Below are positions 44,846-52,173 of a stretch of DNA of 55,282 nt, piece by piece. The stretch is taken from positions 1 to 55,282 of the IMG/VR virus record IMGVR_UViG_3300008120_000334; one strand, 5' to 3'. The stretch comes from a virus. Taxonomy: Duplodnaviria > Caudoviricetes. The number at the start of each line of letters is the position of its first letter. The first letter of the stretch is position 1. Made by a program: the position numbers and the translations under genes. Under the pieces are notes generated by a model. That model was not told the DNA's origin, ran no database searches, and was given only the letters and a program-made list of their open reading frames with translations.

Positions 44846-45405
44846 GCGAATACGTCTAAGGCAAAAGTTCTGATAATATCATCCACCAACGTAGGGGCTT
44901 CATGCTTTGGACTGTCTGGGTTGTTATACCAGTGCATTACCAAGTGCCGTACCGCCTCCGCCATGTTAGCGGGTAAAGTTTCGGGTGAATAACCCGCCCT
45001 GAACGTAATTTTTACCGCGTCCTCACGGTCATAGAGTGTGGGCAATGTCGTTGAAGTGTACTTCAACACCTTATCCACCTTTGAGTAAGATATAGCCGTA
45101 TAATTGCCGCTACCCAATACTTGTAGTGCATTGTCTTGGTCGTAGTATTCAACACTTTCAATGCCTACAAATGGGTATCTGTCAATCTCAAAATCACAAA
45201 ACAATGAAAGGGATAAAGTATAGAGTCGGTACTGTGGCACTACCCGTGATTTAGCCTCTACATAGAGCAAAGCGGCCAATCCTTGTTTTAACAGCGTTGC
45301 GTCGGATATTTCGTCCTCAGTCGTGCGCGTCCACTCACGAAGCTCTTCAATGCTTAATGCTGCTTCGTAAGTTGCGTCAACTGGTTCTGAAAATACTTTC
45401 CTCAT
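44842..45405 (-). CDS. Head-tail connector (HK97 gp6-like)
   Basis: DAVKITFRAGY...LPANMAEAVRHLVMHWYNN; follows the capsid gene. Confidence 0.85.
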   Translation of the reverse strand: MRKVFSEPVDATYEAALSIEELREWTRTTEDEISDATLLKQGLAALLYVEAKSRVVPQYRLYTLSLSLFCDFEIDRYPFVGIESVEYYDQDNALQVLGSGNYTAISYSKVDKVLKYTSTTLPTLYDREDAVKITFRAGYSPETLPANMAEAVRHLVMHWYNNPDSPKHEAPTLVDDIIRTFALDVFA

Positions 45406-45426
45406 TGCTGTTATAAAGTTTTAAGT

Positions 45427-45457
45427 ATTCCCCCAACCCTTAGAGAATTGGGGGAAT
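45427..45457 (-). terminator. Hairpin downstream of the major capsid gene
   Basis: ATTCCCCCAA / TTGGGGGAAT. Confidence 0.6.
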
Positions 45458-45464
45458 GTTGTTA

Positions 45465-46748
45465 TTAGGCAGTTAAGAAGTCTTTGTACCCTGCAAAAGC
45501 GGCAGTACGCGCTACTTCAACATCCCAATAGGCGTTTGCTACAATCTTCACTTGGTCAGTAGATGCCAAGGTGATATTGTCAACTGTGAATGACATACCG
45601 CCCCACATACCCACATACAAGTAAGAAAAGTCACCAAAAATATGAGCCGAACAAACACCGTTGGCAGTACCTTTTGTAAGGTTAGAAGGCACAAGGTTTG
45701 TTACAATTGCGGGATAATCATTGATAACGCTATCCTTGAAAATAGGCACACCGTTAGTAGAAGCAAATTGCTGAGTTGTTTTTAACTTACCGCGCAATTT
45801 GGGGTTAATCAAGTGGCGCAAAGATGCGTTATCCGCGTTGGCGTTGGCTACGGTTGTTTCTAACAAAACCATATTGTCATACGTAGGGGCTAAACCGTTT
45901 GTACCAGCGGCAAGCAAGTTTCCGTTACCAGATACAATAGCGGCCAAAAGTGCGGTAATAGCGTCTTGATTCAATTTTTTGTCCAAAGCCAAACGGATTT
46001 GATTCAAGATAAATGCCTGAATATCCTGCGTAGAATTAGCAAGCAATTGGCGTGAAATTGGGATTTGAGTACCACGACGATTAGGAGTCATTGTAATCTC
46101 AGAGAACAATACCTCGTCATTAGTAATAGCCTCAATCTCTGTTTTTTCCTGAATAGTTGGCTTGGTGATTTGCACAGGGAATTTTTGCGTACCCATCAAG
46201 TTTGCAAAGCGAGTTGCGCCAACCTCCGAAAGAAAGTTCTTATCCCACAAATCACCCAAAAGGCCGTTAATTTCCGTAGGAACAATAAGCCCCCCTTGGT
46301 CGCCCGCAGTCGTCGTTTGGCCTGTTGCCGTTTGGCCACGAAGGTTTGAAGGAACGTTAAATGTACCTGTCATTTCTACGCCTTGCGCTCTTGCTTGCTT
46401 ACGGGCTTCTTGGTCAACTTCTGCTTCTACGCCATCTAATTGCTTGTTGTTTGCCAAAAGCTGCAAGCCGCGAAGGATAGACAACTTGCTAAAGTCTTTT
46501 TCGTCTTTAGGAGAAAAATCCGTGTTGCCATTTGCGCCAGTGTTTGGGGTAAACGAACGGGTTTCTTCCAATACCAAAAGACGCTTTTCTTCATCACGCA
46601 ATGAGGTAATTTCTGTTTGATAAATGTCAAACTGCGCCACCTCTTCGGCAGTTAGCGCAGTGGCGTTTTCTTGCTTTTCAACAAGAGCGTTACGCTTTTG
46701 AATTGTCTCGCCGATTAAATCGCGGACGAATTTTAGGTTTCTTTTCAT
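45465..46748 (-). CDS. Major capsid protein (HK97 fold with N-terminal delta domain)
   Basis: Coiled-coil N-terminus, GGLIVPTE, ISRQLL, IFGDFS. Confidence 0.95.
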   Translation of the reverse strand: MKRNLKFVRDLIGETIQKRNALVEKQENATALTAEEVAQFDIYQTEITSLRDEEKRLLVLEETRSFTPNTGANGNTDFSPKDEKDFSKLSILRGLQLLANNKQLDGVEAEVDQEARKQARAQGVEMTGTFNVPSNLRGQTATGQTTTAGDQGGLIVPTEINGLLGDLWDKNFLSEVGATRFANLMGTQKFPVQITKPTIQEKTEIEAITNDEVLFSEITMTPNRRGTQIPISRQLLANSTQDIQAFILNQIRLALDKKLNQDAITALLAAIVSGNGNLLAAGTNGLAPTYDNMVLLETTVANANADNASLRHLINPKLRGKLKTTQQFASTNGVPIFKDSVINDYPAIVTNLVPSNLTKGTANGVCSAHIFGDFSYLYVGMWGGMSFTVDNITLASTDQVKIVANAYWDVEVARTAAFAGYKDFLTA

Positions 46749-46774
46749 TTGTTTTCGCTGTTAATAAGTAATCT

Positions 46775-47449
46775 TTAGTCAATTCTGTATTTTAATTTCC
46801 GAAGAACTTTTTCATCTTCATTGTCTTGCTTATCTTCCTGCGGCTCTTGTGTTCCTTCATCAGGAGTAGGCTTTTCCAGTTGCGCCCGAAACTCGTTAAA
46901 GCTGTCTAATGTGCGCTTTGAAACTGATATACTATCGTTGGTGTCAGGGTAAGCAGGACGCATAACAGGAGCAAAATCGTAAACACCCTCAAATTGGGTG
47001 ATGGTCACGATGTTTACTTTTTCTCCGTCTTCAACTTCTTCACGCCAAAGCATACCGTTTTCTGCTGGCATAAACTCAAAGCTATTACCTCGCAAGTCGC
47101 CACGCTCGGCCAATGCTTTTACTTTTCTGCCTGTTTCAGTATCTAAGGGCAACTCAACCTTATAGCGAACTTCATTAGGGGTAATTTCATAGGTAAGCGT
47201 ACCCGCCCAAGTAGTACCCAAAACTTCGTTTATGTCGTGGTTAAACTTGCAAATGATTTCATCCATCCTTGCGCCATTACAAGCGTCAGGAGAAATAATT
47301 TCATATACTTTATAGTCACGCCATCCAAGGTTTGCGCTGCGTTTGTTAAACACAATAGCCGTACCTTCTAAGTAAGATTTACCATCTTCCTCAGTCAAAA
47401 CCCTAAATTGAGTTTCGCTTTTAGGAAGTACTCTGCGTTCCATTTCCAT
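46775..47449 (-). CDS. HK97-family prohead protease
   Basis: GTAIVFN..S...FNHD...LG...ERGD..GNSFEF...PAYPDT. Confidence 0.92.
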   Translation of the reverse strand: MEMERRVLPKSETQFRVLTEEDGKSYLEGTAIVFNKRSANLGWRDYKVYEIISPDACNGARMDEIICKFNHDINEVLGTTWAGTLTYEITPNEVRYKVELPLDTETGRKVKALAERGDLRGNSFEFMPAENGMLWREEVEDGEKVNIVTITQFEGVYDFAPVMRPAYPDTNDSISVSKRTLDSFNEFRAQLEKPTPDEGTQEPQEDKQDNEDEKVLRKLKYRID

Positions 47450-48725
47450 TGCCTTTATCGTATTGTTTACCCACGTCAGAGACGGGTATCATGTTTCCAT
47501 TTACCATGTAATTACCACCGCCTTCGTAGTGCGGCATTTCTTCTAAACCTCGAATATCATTAGGGCTTAACCACCCGTTTTGAAGCCCTACTGCGTAGCT
47601 ATCGTAGCGGGTTTTCATGTCAGCACGTAGCAAAGCATTAAAGTTGTGCTTTACATACTTGCCTTTCTTTTGCTCGCTTGTTCTTAGGCACTTATAGCTA
47701 ATTTCTTGCTCCAACTGAATTACCGCAGGGCGAAGCGTCAATGTATAAAAGCCCGTAGTTTGGCTTTCAAGACCACTACCAAATGATGTTTGCTTTGTGG
47801 TATCACCTACCAAGTGAGGAGGCACGCCAAATGCCTGATATATTTCAAACTTGTCAAGTTGTAAAAACTCAACTAATTGACTATCTACCAGAGTATTAGC
47901 AATAGGCTGAAACTTCAACCCGCCAGACAACACCGCTACCTTACCTGCTTTATCGCTTCCTCCGTGTGCTTGTTGCCAACTTTCTCTATTGCGAGTGGCA
48001 ACGTCCTTGTCCATATTGTTTTCGGAAGTCAAAATACCCCCCAAAAACGTACCGTTCTGATAGTAGCTGTTAATAAATTGACGAGTAGTTAAACCCGTTC
48101 TAATTACCTCCGTCAAGCAGCCCGTAATACCTCTAAAATAAAGGCCATCCATTGAGATACTGCCCCATATAATTAGGTCTTCCTCTTTGTGCGGCGTTCC
48201 GTCAACTTCAATGTAAGTTCGCTCTCTTTTGCCGCTTACTACCTCCGATGTTTCGTAAATAGTGTATTCTTGAGGCTGTAAAACCCGAAAGCCTATTGTG
48301 TTTCTATAAACGTCTCGCTCAATAGCCGCTACGCCCACTCCAAAAAAGTCTCTATGAACGCCCATAGTCTTACGAAGCATAAAGGGCGTTTGGTGGGCGT
48401 TTGGTCGAATATTTAAAGCGTAGTCAAGCGTATGATTTTCGTCAAGTTTTGGCCCTTTATTTGTAGCTCCATAAACCCGAAGCGGCACTGATGCCATATT
48501 GTTATTACGAATCTCAGAACAAGCAAGTACGGCAGGAATACTAACAGCGGTTCTATCATTAACCGCAATTCCCGATAACGACACCCCCAGCACTTGCGCC
48601 AGTCTCTCAATGTCGGAGTTGGTAGAAAAGGTAGAATTGGAACGCAGTTGCATCTCCGTACTATTTTTGCGAATAGACGACAATGTTTTAAACTGCCAAA
48701 ACTCTTTTTGAAAGATATTAGCCAA
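47421..48725 (-). CDS. Portal protein (HK97 family)
   Basis: PNAHQT, GKVAVLSGGLKF, FGVPPHLVG, LLRADMKTR, GWLSPNDIR. Confidence 0.95.
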   Translation of the reverse strand: MANIFQKEFWQFKTLSSIRKNSTEMQLRSNSTFSTNSDIERLAQVLGVSLSGIAVNDRTAVSIPAVLACSEIRNNNMASVPLRVYGATNKGPKLDENHTLDYALNIRPNAHQTPFMLRKTMGVHRDFFGVGVAAIERDVYRNTIGFRVLQPQEYTIYETSEVVSGKRERTYIEVDGTPHKEEDLIIWGSISMDGLYFRGITGCLTEVIRTGLTTRQFINSYYQNGTFLGGILTSENNMDKDVATRNRESWQQAHGGSDKAGKVAVLSGGLKFQPIANTLVDSQLVEFLQLDKFEIYQAFGVPPHLVGDTTKQTSFGSGLESQTTGFYTLTLRPAVIQLEQEISYKCLRTSEQKKGKYVKHNFNALLRADMKTRYDSYAVGLQNGWLSPNDIRGLEEMPHYEGGGNYMVNGNMIPVSDVGKQYDKGNGNGTQSTS

Positions 48726-48795
48726 TTCTTTGAAAATTTTTCAATAAAATACGTGATTTATTAGCATAATATCAAAAAATATCAAATAATATGCT

Positions 48796-48803
48796 TATCT
48801 TTG
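48796..48803 (+). promoter_or_regulatory. Promoter of the inserted plus-strand block
   Basis: TATCTTTG upstream of ORF 48851. Confidence 0.55.
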
Positions 48804-48850
48804 ATAGTAAATAATACCAATCAATACCAATTAATTATTTTATAACGAAT

Positions 48851-49093
48851 ATGACTATACGTACAACAGAATCAAGAATTAATTGTAAAGATGTAAGTGA
48901 GCTTCTAAATATTAGTCTCGCACATGGTAAGGCTCAATTTGGGTGTATTAGATTATTTGCCAAAAAACCCAGCTACGGGATTGTTACTTTTGGCGATTAC
49001 ACGGAGTGGCTAAAATGGTTTAATAGCTGTACGCCAAAACAAAGAAAGGAAGCCTATAAGGAGTGGAAGAAGGAAATTAATCAAAACAAATAA
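48851..49093 (+). CDS. Hypothetical protein
   Basis: First ORF of the inserted block. Confidence 0.6.
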   Translation: MTIRTTESRINCKDVSELLNISLAHGKAQFGCIRLFAKKPSYGIVTFGDYTEWLKWFNSCTPKQRKEAYKEWKKEINQNK

Positions 49094-49098
49094 CAACC

Positions 49099-49290
49099 AT
49101 GAAACTATCAGAATTATCATTGGCGGATTTATTTGCATTGCGTAACCACTTTGAAAAGTCGGGACGTATTCAACATCTTTTTGGGTTAGATAATGAAGAA
49201 GTATCTTTCTTTGAGCCTGACGACAAAAGATACTATCTTGTTATTGAAGAAATTGAACGACGCTTAAACTTAATAGAAGAAGGAAATTAA
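49099..49290 (+). CDS. Hypothetical protein
   Basis: ORF in the operon. Confidence 0.6.
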   Translation: MKLSELSLADLFALRNHFEKSGRIQHLFGLDNEEVSFFEPDDKRYYLVIEEIERRLNLIEEGN

Positions 49291-49311
49291 AAATATTAAC
49301 CAATAGCAATC

Positions 49312-49671
49312 ATGTACGAAATACACCACGCACCAAAAGAATTAGATGGAGATATTTCCGTTATTAAATTCTGCCCTATTGATACCCTGCTTAAATTTAT
49401 TGATAAACTCTCAGAGAGCGATGCGGGCAATACGGTTTATTTGCTAACATACGACAATAAAGACAGCGAACAAGACGAGTCGGAAGTGTTTATTACCTCT
49501 AACTTAGATGCTCTTGCTGGCATCCTACAAAGTGGTATTTGCTTATTTGAATTAAAGGAAAGGTTTTTCATATTTGAGTATGCAAGTTACGAGGAAGCGT
49601 ATGCAACCGCGCTTAATTTGAAAGAATCAAGCCCCTTGTGTTATGAGGAGAAAGGAGGGGTTGAACCATGA
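49312..49671 (+). CDS. Acidic hypothetical protein
   Basis: ORF in the operon. Confidence 0.65.
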   Translation: MYEIHHAPKELDGDISVIKFCPIDTLLKFIDKLSESDAGNTVYLLTYDNKDSEQDESEVFITSNLDALAGILQSGICLFELKERFFIFEYASYEEAYATALNLKESSPLCYEEKGGVEP

Positions 49672-49747
49672 CAGCAAAACCTATATTTACCGTTGGTATC
49701 CCGAAGAGGGAGGAGTTAATAAAAAAATAGCGATATTATTTTTTATA

Positions 49748-49777
49748 ATAATGCCTTGAGCGGCTTTGTAAAACTCA
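49748..49777 (+). repeat. 30-bp leader element, copy 2
   Basis: Identical to 16888-16917. Confidence 0.9.
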
Positions 49778-49785
49778 ATTTGATT

Positions 49786-50124
49786 ATGGTTGAAAACCAA
49801 AATTTTGGACAGGCAATTGAAGCCTTAAAAGAAGGCAAGAAAGTTGCAAGACAAGGATGGAATGGTAAAGGGATGTTTATCTTTGAAAGACCTGCCGATG
49901 AATTAGAAGTAGGCTTTATTATTGAAAAAGTAAAGTCATTGCCACAATCGGTAAAGGACTTTTTTAAGGCAAAAGATGCAAAGGAAACTCCAAGCGAACA
50001 AGGATTAGCCAAAGTGAAATTTGGAAACTACTTGTGTATGTATACTGCCGATGGGTCTATCGTAAATGGCTGGCTTGCAAGTCAGACAGATATACTCTCA
50101 AACGACTGGTGTATTCTTGACTAA
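49786..50124 (+). CDS. DUF2829 / Tad2-like anti-defence sponge family protein (start ATG 49786)
   Basis: [27 protein letters not shown]...[14 protein letters not shown] family signature. Confidence 0.85.
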   Translation: MVENQNFGQAIEALKEGKKVARQGWNGKGMFIFERPADELEVGFIIEKVKSLPQSVKDFFKAKDAKETPSEQGLAKVKFGNYLCMYTADGSIVNGWLASQTDILSNDWCILD

Positions 50125-50189
50125 AAACTGCGATTTGTAGGGTGCTTAGAGTTAAGCATCCTACTACTACCTAAAACCGATTAATAGCC

Positions 50190-50348
50190 ATGAAAAAATT
50201 ATCAATTATAATCGCAATTATTGTAATCATAGGGCTAATGGGCTTTTTTGACCAAAAAGGATATTGTAACATTTGGGCATCTATCCTTTTTGTATTATTA
50301 GGAGTTTTGATTTGCAACCTGTTTCACTATGATGCTGATTCGCTATGA
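50190..50348 (+). CDS. 52-aa two-TM membrane protein (not in ORF track)
   Basis: MKKLSIIIAIIVIIGLMGFF...; ATGA-coupled to the next ORF. Confidence 0.55.
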   Translation: MKKLSIIIAIIVIIGLMGFFDQKGYCNIWASILFVLLGVLICNLFHYDADSL

Positions 50349-50512
50349 AGAAATTACTGCCAACTATGGCTATTACCTGTTTAACAAGTATTGTTTGCTA
50401 TACTATGCTTAGGCTTATTATTCCTCCTATGGAGGCTAATGTCATTTGCTTCATAATTAGCATATTTTATTTCAAGCTGGATTTGATTCATCAAGACCTA
50501 AAGAAACCATGA
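50345..50512 (+). CDS. 55-aa two-TM membrane protein (not in ORF track)
   Basis: MKKLLPTMAITCLTSIVCY...; ATGA-coupled on both sides. Confidence 0.55.
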   Translation: MKKLLPTMAITCLTSIVCYTMLRLIIPPMEANVICFIISIFYFKLDLIHQDLKKP

Positions 50513-50743
50513 GCCTACTACAAAAAGCGCAAGAACTTCATAAATTTGCTACCCAAATATTGCCAAAGAGACGAATCTTTACGCGCCAACTACATACTGC
50601 TACTTGAAAACCTTCAAGACTGGACAGACCTTTGCCACAGTCAATTATTGGCAAGCAAAGCCGAAGAAGAAGCTACCCGTACCCTGTCCGCCTTAGAGGA
50701 AATGAGAGAAAAACTTTTAGCAAAGAAAAACCCCTTAAAGTAG
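50509..50743 (+). pseudogene. Helical hypothetical protein, probable 1-nt frameshift near 50543
   Basis: The coupled ATG at 50509 (MSLLQKAQELH) is one base out of frame with the 50546 TTG ORF. Confidence 0.4.
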
Positions 50744-50763
50744 AAATATTTTGACGGTAAGTC

Positions 50764-50794
50764 TTTGTTGGTCAACGTATTATGCTTATATTTG
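50764..50794 (+). promoter_or_regulatory. Promoter of the antirepressor, followed by a structured leader
   Basis: TTTG 50764-50767 and TATATTTG 50787-50794. Confidence 0.65.
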
Positions 50795-51008
50795 TATGTA
50801 GGTGTACGAGACCACAATAAGACATTTTCCACTTGTACTGGAAAACAAAGAACCGTCATTAAGGACTCGTACTCCTTTTTGGCGGTTTCTTTTTTATTCC
50901 TTCCACGTTTTACTACTTCTTCGTTAGGTTCGCTTTGGTTTCCCATTTGGGATTAGTACGCGGGTTAGAGTTGAGTATCAAAAAATCTTTTTTACACACT
51001 AAAATAAA

Positions 51009-51764
51009 GTGAGCAACTTAGTAAAACACACATCAATCACAAGTTTACAATTGGTAGACGAAATAAATATCTTTCGCAAGGAAGAGGGTAATCGTTCAGA
51101 AGTTCGCCACGCCGACCTTTTAAAAGTTATTCGGGATGAATTTGAGGAGGAGATAGGTCAGGGAAAAATTTCCCATACCCCCTACATTCATCCACAGAAT
51201 GGGCAAACTTATGAAATGTACGAACTTACCAAAACGCAAGCTACTCAGGTGCTTGTTAGAGAATCTAAGTTTGTCCGCAAGGCCGTTGTTGCCAAACTCG
51301 AAAAGATGGATGCAACCCAAACGCCAAAGCCAGATTTAGCAAGCCTATCAAGGCTCGATATTCTGCAAATGGCTATCGAATCAGAAACAGAGCGTTTGCG
51401 ATTGGAGGCCGAAAACAAGAAACTTGCACCAAAAGCAGAAGTAGTTGATATTATCCTGACGGCCAAAAACTGCTACACTACGACCGACATTGCAAAAGAA
51501 CTTGGAATGGGGCCACAAACACTCAATAAGAAACTTTGCGAGATGCGTATTCAACGTAAATTCCAAGACCATTACGTGCTTTACGCCAAATATCAGGACA
51601 AAGGGTACACAGAAACCAAAACAGAGTTAATCCAGCCCAAAAACAAAGACCCATTTACGGTATTACAAATGGTTTGGACGCAAAAAGGGCGTTTATTCAT
51701 TCACAGTAAGATGAATCCAAAGTTAAGTTTCTACAATCCGCAACAACAGATAGCAACCGCATAA
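51009..51764 (+). CDS. Rha-like/KilAC (ANT) antirepressor
   Basis: ITSLQLVDEIN..R...HADLLK N-terminus; LAPKA...YTTTDIAKELG...LNK.L...WTQKGRLFI KilAC domain. Confidence 0.9.
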   Translation: MSNLVKHTSITSLQLVDEINIFRKEEGNRSEVRHADLLKVIRDEFEEEIGQGKISHTPYIHPQNGQTYEMYELTKTQATQVLVRESKFVRKAVVAKLEKMDATQTPKPDLASLSRLDILQMAIESETERLRLEAENKKLAPKAEVVDIILTAKNCYTTTDIAKELGMGPQTLNKKLCEMRIQRKFQDHYVLYAKYQDKGYTETKTELIQPKNKDPFTVLQMVWTQKGRLFIHSKMNPKLSFYNPQQQIATA

Positions 51765-51820
51765 CCACTAACGGGGTGGCATAACAACCACCCCAAATAA
51801 AACCACTAAACAATAAATCC

Positions 51821-52042
51821 ATGAAACAACCTACTTTTTCGTCAAACGCTTCCGTTTCAGAGAAATTAATCTCGTTTGCATTGGCTATTGTGGTTATTGC
51901 ACCACTATTGGCCGCATTGTTTGTGTTCTTTTGCTTTGCCTTTTTAGGGTTAGAGTTTGAATTTACTGGTAAATGCTTCTTACTTTGCGCCTCATTGTTT
52001 TTTTGCTTCTCTGCTTGGTTTGGGATTTATGTTATTCAATAA
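51821..52042 (+). CDS. Small two-TM membrane protein
   Basis: Two hydrophobic segments. Confidence 0.6.
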   Translation: MKQPTFSSNASVSEKLISFALAIVVIAPLLAALFVFFCFAFLGLEFEFTGKCFLLCASLFFCFSAWFGIYVIQ

Positions 52043-52173
52043 AATGAAGTTGTAGCCACTAAACTGCTACAAAAACCCCGTTTTATAGCGGTTTTTATCA
52101 CTTTTTTAAGAAAAGTATCGGCTTTGTGCGCATTTTTTGGCGAAAATTGTATAACTTTTCTAATAATCAAAGT

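Noticed and set aside
28345-48711. Numerous plus-strand ORFs within the late region
   Set aside because: They are antisense shadows of well-supported structural genes.
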